Assembly: GCA_963722255.1 (NCBI GenBank)
Contig: CAVRJO010000002.1
Span: 640,001 to 704,000 of the forward strand
Origin: Candidatus Babeliales bacterium
Lineage (GTDB): Bacteria; Babelota; Babeliae; Babelales; JANWKD01
Length of the DNA: 64,000 nucleotides
Direction of reading: 5' to 3'
Part shown: in pieces, positions 21,215 through 32,600 of the stretch
Layout: each line of letters begins with the position of its first letter
How positions within the stretch are numbered: the stretch's first letter is position 1
The notes under the pieces: generated by a model
What the model was told of the DNA's origin: nothing
Database searches by the model: none
What the model saw: the letters and a program-made list of their open reading frames with translations, nothing else
Made by a program: the position numbers and the translations under genes

Positions 21215-21376
21215 ATACTCCTCTTTTTTTTATACGAATGCATAACTTCTAGAATGCATCTTCATGCATCCAAATACAAGATTTTTACTATATCTGCGTA
21301 AAATCTTTAATTTATATCTCATATCATTGTATTCTAGCAAAGGGACAATTTTTATAGGTAGAGGGGTATTATCACC

Positions 21377-22039
21377 ATGAATACTAATGTGAAAAATTCT
21401 GAACGAACACAAGACGAAAAAAAAATTTTTGTTTTTGATCTGCATGATGTTCTTTTTAAGAGAAGCTATTGGGATACATTTAAACTTTGTTATGCCATTA
21501 AAAATAAATTTCAATTATTTCGGATTTTATGCAATCCATTGTATCTCTACGATGCTTTTAAATTACTCTCTATAACGCGCGTAAGCGAAGCTTATCTTGT
21601 AAAATTGGCTGAAAAACATCCCAAGTTTAATCCATTTGTTGAAACAATTATTGATATCACTAATGCAATAAAACCAATTCCTCATATGTTTGAATTGGTT
21701 ACAATGCTTAAGAAAAATGGATCCAAAGTATATATTTTTTCAAATATTGGAAAAAAAACATTTGAAAAACTTAATGATTCCTATAATGATCTCTTTGAGC
21801 AGTTTGATGGTATACATTACGTCGAATCAACCAACGATTGGCTTGCAAAACCACAGGTGAATGCCTATAGATTATTTTTACGTAAATTTAATATTAACCC
21901 TGAATCTATGATTTTTGTTGATGATAAAAATAAAAATGTAAAAGCGGCACATGCTTTAGGCATTACCGCTTTCATATATAAATCAACCTATCAATTAGTA
22001 GATGATATCCAAAAACTAGATATTACTTTTGGAATATGA
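21377..22039 (+). CDS. HAD-family hydrolase (YihX-like)
   Basis: FDLHDV, FSN, AKP, FVDD...NV.AA. Confidence 0.8.
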   Translation: MNTNVKNSERTQDEKKIFVFDLHDVLFKRSYWDTFKLCYAIKNKFQLFRILCNPLYLYDAFKLLSITRVSEAYLVKLAEKHPKFNPFVETIIDITNAIKPIPHMFELVTMLKKNGSKVYIFSNIGKKTFEKLNDSYNDLFEQFDGIHYVESTNDWLAKPQVNAYRLFLRKFNINPESMIFVDDKNKNVKAAHALGITAFIYKSTYQLVDDIQKLDITFGI

Positions 22040-22056
22040 TTGAAAAAAGCTCACCA

Positions 22057-22725
22057 TTAGCCACAAACTTCGCAATGCTCCTTTAGCAACTTCAATGCTT
22101 CATCAATATCGTTGGTAATTTGAATTAAATCCAAATCTGCTTGAAGAATTAAACCTTGCTTAAGAGCAAAATCGCGAAGCCATTGCATATAAGGAGCCCA
22201 ATAATTTTTTCCAATTAATACAATTGGAACACCTGCAAGTTTTTTTGTCTGCATCAAGGTCACTACTTCACCAAACTCATCAAGAGTCCCAAAACCACCA
22301 GGAAAAAATGCGAATGCAACGGCATATTCAACCATTAACCACTTACGAACAAAAAAATAATCAACAATTATTCTTTCTTGGGCACATGTATTAAATGGTT
22401 CTTTTTCTAAATCTTTAACGGTAATTCCTATTGACCGTGCAGAAGTTTTTTCAGTTTCTGCATGCGTTGCCCCGCAATTTGCAGCCTCCATTACACCGCC
22501 TCCACCGCCGGTAATTACTGAAATATCATGCTCAATAAGCAAAGAAGCTAAATCATGTGCAGTGCCAGCATAATGGCTTGTCATTTTTAATTTTGAACCC
22601 CCAAATATAGAAACAACGGGACCGGGTAAATTATTAATTTTCCAAATCCCTTTCATTAGTTGAAACATCGATTTTATTATACTTATATAAACAGACCAAT
22701 AAAATGATAATTTTTTTTTAGACAT
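22057..22725 (-). CDS. LOG-family nucleotide phosphoribohydrolase
   Basis: TGGGGGVMEAAN, FFVRK, PGGFGTLDE. Confidence 0.9.
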   Translation of the reverse strand: MSKKKLSFYWSVYISIIKSMFQLMKGIWKINNLPGPVVSIFGGSKLKMTSHYAGTAHDLASLLIEHDISVITGGGGGVMEAANCGATHAETEKTSARSIGITVKDLEKEPFNTCAQERIIVDYFFVRKWLMVEYAVAFAFFPGGFGTLDEFGEVVTLMQTKKLAGVPIVLIGKNYWAPYMQWLRDFALKQGLILQADLDLIQITNDIDEALKLLKEHCEVCG

Positions 22726-22877
22726 AGCTATTTTCCTTACTACTTTTAATGATGCTTTTCGTTTCTTTTATGACAAAAAACGTACGCAAATGTAAAGAAA
22801 AATAGACTCAATTAAAATCACGTGTTATAAAAAATAACATACATAAGTAAAGAACAATCCCAATAAATGTATGAGTA

Positions 22878-23729
22878 ATGAATTCTAAACAAATAATTTT
22901 CTTTATCCTTTTGTTTTGCTTCAATAGTATCAAAGCCCAGCGTGGTTCAGCGTTGCCGTATACAAGTGGTCCTGGACCTCTTTTTAGCTTTGGGCTGAAC
23001 ATTCAACCTAAAAAAAGTTTTGTTTATAGACAAATCTATGCACTCGATGAAAGAAATTTAGAGTCAAGATTGATCATGCATAACCATCTTTATTATGGCC
23101 TTTCTGATCATTTTACTTTCATTATAAAGCAACCTGTAATACTTAAACGAAGAACAAGCGGAAAGCATTCTCGAGGCTTAGGAGATTCAAGGTTTGAGAT
23201 CGAATCAATTCCCTATGTATATCAAATTGATGACGAATTCCGGTTTAGAATCACAACGGTTACCGGAGTCATTCCACCTACAACTACATCAAAAGCAGTT
23301 ACACAACTAACGTTGCATTCAAATAGTTATTTTCTAGGGGTGACTCAAAGTAATACAACACCAAGAATTTTTCAATATGGTGGAATAGGTATCTTTATTC
23401 CGACCACAAAAAATAAAATGTATTATGGCTGTAGATTATATTATGAACTTGGTTTTGCTCATGCAATCATAAACAATGACACCTTATTTTTTGGCGTTGA
23501 TTTTGAAATGAGCGGTGAATATCAACAATCGCGCCAAATAAATGGAATACCAGATTTCACAACGGGTAGTAATATGATTTTCTTTGGGCCCACAGCACGT
23601 ATATCAACCGAACACTTCATTGGGCAACTTGGTATGCAATACCCATGGATTCGCCACGTAAAAGTTGTTAATCCAAATAAAACTAACTATAGACTTTCAG
23701 TTGCCGGAGCATTTCATTATCAATTTTAA
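22878..23729 (+). CDS. Putative outer-membrane beta-barrel protein
   Basis: Signal peptide, GLGD motif, amphipathic strands, ends HYQF; paralog of 25024-25872. Confidence 0.65.
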   Translation: MNSKQIIFFILLFCFNSIKAQRGSALPYTSGPGPLFSFGLNIQPKKSFVYRQIYALDERNLESRLIMHNHLYYGLSDHFTFIIKQPVILKRRTSGKHSRGLGDSRFEIESIPYVYQIDDEFRFRITTVTGVIPPTTTSKAVTQLTLHSNSYFLGVTQSNTTPRIFQYGGIGIFIPTTKNKMYYGCRLYYELGFAHAIINNDTLFFGVDFEMSGEYQQSRQINGIPDFTTGSNMIFFGPTARISTEHFIGQLGMQYPWIRHVKVVNPNKTNYRLSVAGAFHYQF

Positions 23730-23827
23730 GGCCTTTCAAAAAAAGATTTTAATTGAAAAATCATCCATTCTTTTTTTAGACTAATGCTATTAAAAAAAGT
23801 TTAGTATGAAAGAAAGGAATTAGCTCA

Positions 23828-24991
23828 ATGAAAACAAAAATGGCTTTGGTACAATTTTGTATACTCTTAATAACATCAACTGCAACGACCTGTATAACAC
23901 AAGATGTTGATTGGGCGATTATTGGAGCTGGCCCTGCCGGCATAAGTGTTGTTGCATTACTTTTAGAACTTGGTGTTTCTGGAGAGAATATTGCTTGGAT
24001 CGATCCTAAATTTAATGTAGGAAGATTGGGCGAATCTTATGGTAATGTGCCAGCCAATACACAAACAAAATACTTTATTGAATTTATTACTTCATGTAAA
24101 ACTTTCCAAGAATCTCATTCACCCTACATTGAAAAATTATATTCCTACAATCCTGATCTTGAATATTCCTTACAAATCATCGTTGATCCACTGCGCGATA
24201 TTACACACCATATACAAAAACGAGTAGTAACAATCCAAGATAGTTTACAATCATTAGATTTTAATAATGATCTATGGCACATAGGAACTTCTCAAAAAGA
24301 AGTCACAACCTACAATGTTGTATTAGCAACAGGATCGCATCCACGAACATTAAACTATTCAACAGATGCCCTACAAATTCCTCTTGATCTGGCTCTTGAT
24401 AAAACATTGCTTGCAGAAAACATAACTGCACATGATTCAGTTGCCGTTGTAGGAAGCGCTCATTCAGCTATTTTAATTTTAAAATATTTGACTGAATTAC
24501 CTATAAAAAGAATCATAAATTTTTACAGCAGACCATTGCAATATGCAGTACCAAATCCAAGCGGTTTAATTAATGAAGAAAATGGACTTAAAGGAGTCGC
24601 TGCTCGATGGGCATTAGAAATACTTGAGAAAAATCCTCCTGCTAATCTTATACGCATTCATAATAAACCAGAAGCATTAGATGCATGGCTTCCTATATGT
24701 AACAAGATAGTTTATGCCGTGGGCTATGAGCGCAATGATCTTCCTGCAATTAATGGTGTCGAAAAACCATATAGCAATTACGATTCATCATCGGGAATCA
24801 TTGCTCCTCGACTTTTTGGCATCGGTATTGCATTTCCTGAAAGGATTCCTGATTTTGAGGGCACAGAACAATATGGTATCGGATTGAACAACTTCATAGA
24901 ATATGCACAACGAGTGCTTCCCGCTTGGATGAAGAAAAAGTATATACAGCTCATGAAGTTTGCTGATTTATTTAGCATAACTTCGTTATAG
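23828..24991 (+). CDS. FAD/NAD(P)-dependent oxidoreductase with signal-like N-terminus
   Basis: IGAGPAG, LATGS, VVGSAHSA, YAVGY, GIGIAFPE. Confidence 0.8.
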   Translation: MKTKMALVQFCILLITSTATTCITQDVDWAIIGAGPAGISVVALLLELGVSGENIAWIDPKFNVGRLGESYGNVPANTQTKYFIEFITSCKTFQESHSPYIEKLYSYNPDLEYSLQIIVDPLRDITHHIQKRVVTIQDSLQSLDFNNDLWHIGTSQKEVTTYNVVLATGSHPRTLNYSTDALQIPLDLALDKTLLAENITAHDSVAVVGSAHSAILILKYLTELPIKRIINFYSRPLQYAVPNPSGLINEENGLKGVAARWALEILEKNPPANLIRIHNKPEALDAWLPICNKIVYAVGYERNDLPAINGVEKPYSNYDSSSGIIAPRLFGIGIAFPERIPDFEGTEQYGIGLNNFIEYAQRVLPAWMKKKYIQLMKFADLFSITSL

Positions 24992-25023
24992 CAACTCTTG
25001 GATTTTTTTCAATTATATGAAGC

Positions 25024-25872
25024 TCAAAATTTATATGCACCAAAAATACCTGCTATATAGTTAATATTGTCTTTATTAACTCTTGCATGGTGTGATACTA
25101 CATATTGAATACCCCCTTGAATAAGAAAATTTTTGCGAAAAAATCTAAAGCTCGGTCCAACAAGAAGAAAATTTTCTCCTGTGGTTAAATCAGGGATACC
25201 ATTAATTTTATCTGGACGAGAATAATAATCACTGCATTCAACTAAAATGGTAAAAATATTGTCGCCCTTGCAAAATATTGCACCGCCTCCTATATCAAAA
25301 GATAAAATAGTACCAAATTGAATCTGATGGTGTTTGAGATTAATAAGTGCTCCAAAATTAGAATAACAATACAAACTTCGTATCATTGCATCTTGTGTTA
25401 TACCTAAAAAAAAGCTTGTAGTGGGAAAATTGAAGAATATATTTTCAGTTACGGTTGTGGTTGGAAACTGGATTCCACTGCTACCAATAATTCTATAACG
25501 ATAGTCATCGGTTTCATTTTTATAAAATTTATAATTAGCTTGTATATTAAGATCACCTAACCCTGTTTTTTTCCCGGGCACTTCTGGTTTTTGGCTCACA
25601 ATTGGTAAGATAGCCAAAAGTGTTATTTCATTTGTTAAACCATAATATGCTTCTGTATATGCAATAAATGCAGAATGAGGTTTTTGTTTAATAAAAAGTA
25701 TTTCCTCAGCTAAAACGAAAGCCTTTTTTGGTAATACCGAATAATCAAAGCTAAAAAAAGGGCTTATGCCTTCCGGTGGAAGTTGATCACATCCGGATTG
25801 GATAAAACTCTGGAGAATAAAGAAACTAAGAAAAATAATAGATCTAACAATGGTATGTAAATTTTTGTTCAT
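25024..25872 (-). CDS. Putative outer-membrane beta-barrel protein
   Basis: YYGLT, GLGD, INGIPDLTTGEN, GP; ends AYKF. Confidence 0.65.
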   Translation of the reverse strand: MNKNLHTIVRSIIFLSFFILQSFIQSGCDQLPPEGISPFFSFDYSVLPKKAFVLAEEILFIKQKPHSAFIAYTEAYYGLTNEITLLAILPIVSQKPEVPGKKTGLGDLNIQANYKFYKNETDDYRYRIIGSSGIQFPTTTVTENIFFNFPTTSFFLGITQDAMIRSLYCYSNFGALINLKHHQIQFGTILSFDIGGGAIFCKGDNIFTILVECSDYYSRPDKINGIPDLTTGENFLLVGPSFRFFRKNFLIQGGIQYVVSHHARVNKDNINYIAGIFGAYKF

Positions 25873-26053
25873 CTGTTTTACTTTGGATATGATTTTTTTG
25901 AATTTTTAAAAATCATTTTTACCATAACATAAAAATGAAGAATTAAAAGCAGATTAGAAGAATTATTCCTTGCGTGCGGGCCTTTTGCGCACTGTAGCCA
26001 TTTTTTCAAGAATACCTGAACAGCATAGTAGTTTTCTATTTGGTTTTGCAGCA

Positions 26054-26173
26054 TCAGCCTATTTTTAACCTCACCTGAGCTTGATCAAATTCTGAAGTAC
26101 CATAATGCAATTGTGTAAAAAGCTCTTCGAGTTTTTTAAGAAATTTATCTAATTTGATTTTTTTAAAAATCAT
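26054..26173 (-). other. 39-aa ORF homologous to part of the ABC-F C-terminus (copy 1)
   Basis: MIFKKIKLDKFLKKLEELFTQLHYGTSEFDQAQVRLKIG vs ABC-F IKKLEERFTQLQYGTLEFNQAQAKLK. Confidence 0.7.
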
Positions 26174-26226
26174 ACTATGTTTATATTTGTATTATAGGCT
26201 AAACTAATAACTTTGAAATCAAAATA

Positions 26227-27726
26227 ATGAAAAATACAATAATAATCCTACTTGCAGTTTCACTTAACATTTCAACATATGCAATGGAAAGACAATCAAA
26301 TCCTCCCAAAAGAAACAAGGATGAAACAAAACCTCCTTCATTCGCGCATCTAAGCCCCAAAAGCCTTGTTGATACCTGCCTAAAAACTTATTCTGATGCA
26401 ATTAAACAATGCATTGATCCCAAAGCACCTTTTGAAAATATAGAGGTGATTAAACAAGCGATTGCAGTAATTCAAATTCTTAATAATGATAGCCTCACAG
26501 AGAAGTTATTAAATCATCTTCATGAAAATACTCAACCCATTTGGAGAAAATACATAAGATTACACAGTAATATACTATCATTTGTCGTCGCCGATGATCC
26601 TGTAACATTACCATTTTTAGAACAAACTACCGTAAGTTGGCTAGAATGCGAACAAAATGATTTTTTTCATTATTCAAATATATCAAAACCTAAATTAACC
26701 CATTCTTATGAATTACCTGAGGGTTACGATGACAACAGGGGCTTAATCATTACTCCTGATCAACGATATACTGCGATTGCTCACCTTAATGAACTTTTTT
26801 TATTTGATATGATCAATGAAAATCAAACTATTTACTATGCACCTAAACCAATAGAATCATTGGCATTTTCGCCTGATGGTACCGGTTTTCTTGGCCTTCG
26901 CGATGGATCATGCTCTTTTGTAAAAAAAGATACTAATGACATGTATGTAATTGAAAATCTAAATCATTTTTTTTCAGAACCAATTCGTGCACTAGAACTC
27001 AGTTCAGATGGTTCTGTTCTTGTGCTATCAGATGGAAAATCCATAGCAATTTGTTATCAAAAAGACAGTTATGCAGTCAAACACACTCTTACATTTCCTC
27101 ACTTATTAGAATATACGCAAGGAGCTCAAGGCTGCTCAATAAAGGGCCTTAAGTTATCGCCAGATTCTTCCCTATTAGCCATTAACCTTAAGCAAACAAA
27201 TAGATCGCTCATTTATGATTTCGTTCATAACAGTTCAATAATTTTATCACAACCGGTCATCAAAATTGATCATGCCAATAGATGCATATGCACACGATTT
27301 GCTATTTATCAAGGAGATAACGAAGATGACGAAGATGATAAGTATCAATCATGCCTTTTAGATTATGTTGTACCCAATTGTTCTGACAAAAGTTATTTAA
27401 GTTCATCTTATGTTTTGCCAAAAGATAGTATGTGCTTAGTTTCGTATCAAAAGAGTGCAACAGTAAATCCATTATCAATTGTAATACAAAAAAGAGGTAA
27501 TGCAGAACCTTATCTTCTCTTACAAAAAAGAGTAAATCTTAAAAAACTCTTATATCTTATTGCACTTAACAAAGCGTCCAAAGAAGAACTACAAGCACTA
27601 AAAGAAATGCAAACAGCAAACCAAAGTCCTTTTTTAAAATTATTTAAAAAGCCTCAATGTGATAATGTCGTAAAGCAATATATTAATCATCGATTGAAAC
27701 AATTTGAGCAAAAAGGTTCAGAGTAA
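26227..27726 (+). CDS. Secreted WD40/beta-propeller protein
   Basis: Signal peptide; IESLAFSPDG, ALELSSDG, LKLSPDS repeats. Confidence 0.8.
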   Translation: MKNTIIILLAVSLNISTYAMERQSNPPKRNKDETKPPSFAHLSPKSLVDTCLKTYSDAIKQCIDPKAPFENIEVIKQAIAVIQILNNDSLTEKLLNHLHENTQPIWRKYIRLHSNILSFVVADDPVTLPFLEQTTVSWLECEQNDFFHYSNISKPKLTHSYELPEGYDDNRGLIITPDQRYTAIAHLNELFLFDMINENQTIYYAPKPIESLAFSPDGTGFLGLRDGSCSFVKKDTNDMYVIENLNHFFSEPIRALELSSDGSVLVLSDGKSIAICYQKDSYAVKHTLTFPHLLEYTQGAQGCSIKGLKLSPDSSLLAINLKQTNRSLIYDFVHNSSIILSQPVIKIDHANRCICTRFAIYQGDNEDDEDDKYQSCLLDYVVPNCSDKSYLSSSYVLPKDSMCLVSYQKSATVNPLSIVIQKRGNAEPYLLLQKRVNLKKLLYLIALNKASKEELQALKEMQTANQSPFLKLFKKPQCDNVVKQYINHRLKQFEQKGSE

Positions 27727-27743
27727 TCATAAATAGTATTACC

Positions 27744-27902
27744 TCAAAAAGGCAATAGAATATTCATTTTAGGCTTGTTGGAGTTTTCGTATAAACTCTT
27801 AGTTTGCGCTTGATCAAATTCTGACGTTCCATACTGCACTTGCGTAAAACGCTCTTCAAGTTTTTTTATTAGACTCTCAAATTTGATTTTTTTAAAAATC
27901 AT
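27744..27902 (-). other. 52-aa ORF homologous to part of the ABC-F C-terminus (copy 2)
   Basis: IKKLEERFTQVQYGTSEFDQAQTK; 53/60 nt identical by hand alignment (27808-27867 vs 34767-34826). Confidence 0.75.
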
Positions 27903-29354
27903 ACTATGTTTATATTTGTATTATCAACTAATCTAAAAATTTTAAAATCAAAACAATGAAAAAAACAATAATAATTCTACTTGCAGTTTTGCTTAACATT
28001 TCAACATATGCAATGGAACAATCAGATCATCCCAAAAAAAGCAAGGTTGAGAAAGACCCTGCAATGCCAATACAAAATCCCAAAAGCCTTGTTGATATCT
28101 GCCTAAGAACCTATTCAGGAGCAATCAAGCAAAGCATTGATCCCAAAACACCATTCAAAAATGCAGATGCAATTAAACAAAAAATTATTGCTGTAAAAAA
28201 TCTTAACAACGATGCTCTCATGCAAAAACTTTCAACTTATCTTCACGAGAATACGCAACCAATCTGGCGAAGCATTATGCAATTAGGAACTGATGGTGAT
28301 GAAGATATGGGTTCCTTATCAGAACAAATGGTATTTAGCAATAATACTATTGCATGGGGCTATAATGGCTCTATTACCTATCTAAACATAAAAAATTCAA
28401 GATTAACACATTCTTATAAACTTCCTGATGAATTCGAAGCTTGCCAATGTATAGGCTTGACTCCTAATGAACGATATATTACTACAACAAATAAGTGTAA
28501 TCTTTTTTTATATGACACGCAAACCGGCTCTCATAGTGTCTATAGTGCCCCAAACTTCATAACTGCTTTCACATTTTCATCTGATGGGATCGCATTTCTT
28601 GGTCTTTATGATGGCTCATGCTGTTGTGTAAAAAAAGACAAAGCCAATAAACTTACGTTAGTAGATCAAATTTCCTATTTTTCTCAACCAATTCGCATTG
28701 TTAAATTTGGTCCAGACGGCTCAACATTATTTATATCCGATGGCAAAACTATAGCCTTAAGTCACAAAACTGACAATTATAAAATTATAACTCCTCTAAA
28801 AATACCAAAATTAAAAGGCCATATTGAGGGTAGTTCAATTAAAAATATTGTTATTGCCCCAGATTCATCATTTTTAGTTATTAATTTTTATAAATTCTCC
28901 TCATCACTTGTATATAATTTTACTCATAAGCGTTCTATGAAATTACCTGAGCGCATTATTACAATCGACCATATCAACAGATGCATTAGCGCGAATTTTA
29001 CTTACAAAGATGGCGATGAAAATGATGATGGTGGGCGAGCATGTCAATTAGATTATGATATGCCCACTAATTGGGTTAAAAGCGGAGACTATTCAAATTC
29101 AACGTATCTTTTACCAAAAGACTGTGTATGTTCAGTAGTATACCAAAATAATAGAACAGGAAGTCCAAAATCGGCAGTAATAAGACAAAAAGACGATGAA
29201 CCTGCCCATTTGCTGGTACAAAAAAATGTTAATCTTAAAGAACTTATATATCTTATTGCACTAGATGAAGCATCATATGAAGAGCTTCAAGCATTAAAAA
29301 AATTACAACAAACAAAAAAAGGCTCTCAAGAAAAACGACCTATTTTAAAGTTAT

Positions 29355-29996
29355 AACGCCCCCGTAGACCGGGGGGCTTGACGGCTGTTAGCAGTCCCAA
29401 GGACTGCCAGATTTAACTTTGACTATATTTTAAAATTGACCTTCTTCATCAAAACCTTGGCTATCCAGCTGTTCTTGATTTTTCACGTAGGCTTTAACAT
29501 TCTCCAATTCATGACCTACTGTTGAAACCGCATATCCCCTTGCCCAAAACTTCTCGCCATTAAAATTTTTTTGCCGACCGCCAAATTGTCGCGCAACTGC
29601 AATCGCACTTTTACCTTTTATATATCCAACTATCTCTGCTATTGAATATTTCGGCGGAATACTTATCAGCATATGCACATGATCTTGTACCATGTGGCCT
29701 TCCAAAATCTTACTTTCCCTTTGTCCTGCCAATTCATGAAATACTGGTCCTAAGAATTTACGAATTTCTCCATAAAGTTTCTTTTTTCTATATTTTGGAA
29801 CAAATACAATATGGTATTTGCAGTTAAATTTAGAATGGCTTAAACTTTTAAATGATGTTTCCATATATATTTTTTTTCGAGCCGTCACGCCCTAAAAAAA
29901 TATATCATTGGAAACATTTTTTTTACACTTGAATCTAAAGGCCTAGCCTTGAAAGTCTCACTAGTCAAACTAGTGGTTTACCTATCTTTCAATTAT
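29355..29996 (-). mobile_element. IS200/IS605-family element (tnpA only)
   Basis: Hairpins gcccccg..cgggggg and cactagt..actagtg near the ends; TTAT at both junctions; excision restores the host frame. Confidence 0.85.
29430..29864 (-). CDS. tnpA: IS200/IS605 Y1 transposase
   Basis: SLSHSKFNCKYHIVFVPKYR, DHVH, IKGKSA, FWARGY. Confidence 0.93.
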   Translation of the reverse strand: METSFKSLSHSKFNCKYHIVFVPKYRKKKLYGEIRKFLGPVFHELAGQRESKILEGHMVQDHVHMLISIPPKYSIAEIVGYIKGKSAIAVARQFGGRQKNFNGEKFWARGYAVSTVGHELENVKAYVKNQEQLDSQGFDEEGQF

Positions 29997-30158
29997 TTAA
30001 AAAAAAACATTGTGGTAATGTCGTAAAGCATTATATTAATCATAGGTTACAACAATTAGAGCAGAAAGAAACAAAATAAATTCAGCATACGTAAAAGCCA
30101 AACGATATATTTATTCAGAGAAAAACAATATCGATACAGATTATAAAGGATTTATTTT

Positions 30159-30512
30159 ATGAAAATGTATACCTTTTTTTATGCTCTCGTTCTCTTTTCA
30201 ATTTCAAGCACCTTTGCAGGAAAAGATCTAACTCATCTTGAAAAATTGATAGTCGCAACAGCTAAAGGCACAAAGGAACCCGAGACACTATTTAAACAAT
30301 TTACCTCAGCGCTTACTCATGACGAATATTCATGTCAAGATAAATTATCACTCTTCACCTCTATGAAAAGCCATGAATATTCATATCCTATCAGGCAAAT
30401 CTTAAAAAGCTTTGAAACATATAATCCAAATCAATATGCAATGTTTAATAAAGCATATGAGTTTGGCAATCTACACGGTACGATGGTTGTTATGGGTAAT
30501 TGTGAGTCATAA
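30159..30512 (+). CDS. Small secreted hypothetical protein
   Basis: Signal peptide ending TFA; AAGGA upstream. Confidence 0.6.
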   Translation: MKMYTFFYALVLFSISSTFAGKDLTHLEKLIVATAKGTKEPETLFKQFTSALTHDEYSCQDKLSLFTSMKSHEYSYPIRQILKSFETYNPNQYAMFNKAYEFGNLHGTMVVMGNCES

Positions 30513-31744
30513 AAAGTCCTATGAAAAAATACTAATCTTTTTTCATCACTTCAACAAAACTTTAGCAATCGCATACAAAGGATATGAATGTATCTTTTGA
30601 AATACAGAATAATTAAGAGTGGAGAATCTAATACCATAAGGAGAATTTGAGTGGCCTTCTAAGAAAAGTTGCATACTTTTAAGCGTCGTTCCACCACTGC
30701 TTTTAACCTCAATTGGTAAAACATATTGATCATGCTGAATAAGATAATCGATTTCAGCTTGACTACTACGCTCAGTTCTATGCCAATAATACAATGAACC
30801 CTTTTTATAAGGATTTGAATAGGCCAAAATCTCTTGACCAACAAAAGCTTCTACAAGTTCACCTTTATTAATAAATTGCTGCAAAGGATTAACAATCCAA
30901 CTACTCATACCGATACCAAGCAAAACCTGACTCAATGCAACATCCAAAAAAATTACTTTAAAATCTTGCAGATCCGCTTGCGCACCCAAGGGAATTCCAT
31001 TACCCGAACTAAATAAAACTTTATTAACGACCCCTGCCGTGGTAAGCAAATCAAGGCAAGGTGCCAATTCTCTTTTTTGGTAATCACTGCTAACTTCACT
31101 ATATTTAAATTTTTTACCCAGGCGTAAAGGAATATGCTCATAAAGTAAATTTAAATATTTAATTTGGAACTTTTTTGCATACTTATTAAAATCTTGTCGA
31201 TATGTATCTACAAGTGTTTGCTGCAAGCTAAAACATTCAAAGGTATCTTTATTTTTTTGCCAAGAATCAACTATTTCAGGCATACCTCCAATAGCCAAAT
31301 ATTCTCCTAGAAAGGATAAAAGCTTTTGATGAATTGGTTCACTTAAAGGATTTTCCGGTGTATGGGCTAAAATTTCTTCGACTAAGAGATCTTGCTTTAA
31401 AGCACCTAAAAATTCAATAAATGATACCGGATACATATATAAGGACATTACTCTGCCAACGGGAATACCATGTTCTTCAGCAGTAAAATCCAATAAAGAA
31501 CCGGCAGCAATCACATGAAGCACTGGTAATCGTTCATAAAAATAACGCAATGCAAGAAAAACCCGAGGCGCTGATTGAATTTCATCAAAAAATAATAACG
31601 TGATCCCAGGAACTATTTGTTGGCCAACAAATAATGAAAGCTCGCGTATAATTCTCTCAGGATCTAGATCTCTTTCAAAAAATAATGCCGCTGACGGAGT
31701 ATATTCAAAATTAATTTCTACAAAATTCTCAAAAGATTTACCTA

Positions 31745-32600
31745 GGTTCTGTGAACCAAATTTAAAAAATGCTTAAAAAAAGATAAGCTTCCTTTGTTAA
31801 TCAACTAAAAAAACAAAAGGAAGCTTGTAATGCATTACCTAATTAATGATACAGATTTTGAAAAAATATTGAATGTTTTAATGAGCATCAAAGGGATTCA
31901 CAAGAAGTCTATTGAAAAATTACGTAAATTTATAGAGGCAATATATTACATATGCAGAAGCGGTTGCCAATGGAGATTATTGCCAATTTATTATGGTAGT
32001 TGGCGAGCTGTTCACAAGCGATTTAAGCAGTGGAATAAACGTAATATTTGGAAAAAACTATTTGAAAGTTTTCAAGAAGATCCTGATATGGAATGGGCAA
32101 TGATAGACTCTACAGTTATTAGAGCACATGCATGTGCAGCTGGATATGGTAAAGATACTCAAGAACAAGAGGCGTTAGGACGTAGCAAGGGCGGCTTCTC
32201 AACAAAAATACACGCTTTGGTTGATGCATTGGGAAATCCACTAAAATTTGTTTTAACACCCGGTCAACGACATGATATTACTCAAGCAAAAAATCTGAGC
32301 ACTGGTATTGTAGATGCTTCTATCATTGGAGATACTGCTTATGATGCTGATCATTTCATTGAAAGCATAAAAGATCAACGATGTAAGCCAGAAATTCCTC
32401 CTCGTAGAAATCGTAAGCAGCCTCGTGACTATGATGTTCATCTTTACAAAGAGCGACATTCCATCGAATGTTTTTTCGGAAAAATTAAACATTTTCGTAG
32501 GATTTTTTCGCGATTCGATAAATCTTCTCAATCTTATTTATCTTTTTTATATTTTGTAGGGACCTTAATTTGGCTTAGGTAAAATTTGGTTCACAGAACC
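31745..32600 (+). mobile_element. IS5-family element inserted in CTAG (TA duplication)
   Basis: ggttctgtgaaccaaattt / aaatttggttcacagaacc perfect terminal inverted repeats. Confidence 0.92.
31830..32582 (+). CDS. IS5-family transposase (single ORF)
   Basis: SGCQWRLLP, IDSTVIRAH, GRSKGGFSTKIH, GDTAYD, YKERHSIECFF. Confidence 0.93.
   Translation: MHYLINDTDFEKILNVLMSIKGIHKKSIEKLRKFIEAIYYICRSGCQWRLLPIYYGSWRAVHKRFKQWNKRNIWKKLFESFQEDPDMEWAMIDSTVIRAHACAAGYGKDTQEQEALGRSKGGFSTKIHALVDALGNPLKFVLTPGQRHDITQAKNLSTGIVDASIIGDTAYDADHFIESIKDQRCKPEIPPRRNRKQPRDYDVHLYKERHSIECFFGKIKHFRRIFSRFDKSSQSYLSFLYFVGTLIWLR

Larger units (their letters stand above)
27956..30079 (+). pseudogene. Secreted WD40 protein (paralog of 26227-27726) truncated near its C-terminus by IS200
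   Basis: ORF stops at 29356; FKKKHCGNVVKHYINHRLQQLEQKETK resumes at about 29996 and matches the paralog tail. Confidence 0.8.

Noticed and set aside
27770..27787. taggcttgttggagtttt resembling the MITE end
   Set aside because: Several mismatches and no partner inverted repeat found
11255..29996. TnpB/IscB RNA-guided nuclease associated with the IS200/IS605 elements
   Set aside because: Both elements are only about 620-640 bp and encode TnpA alone
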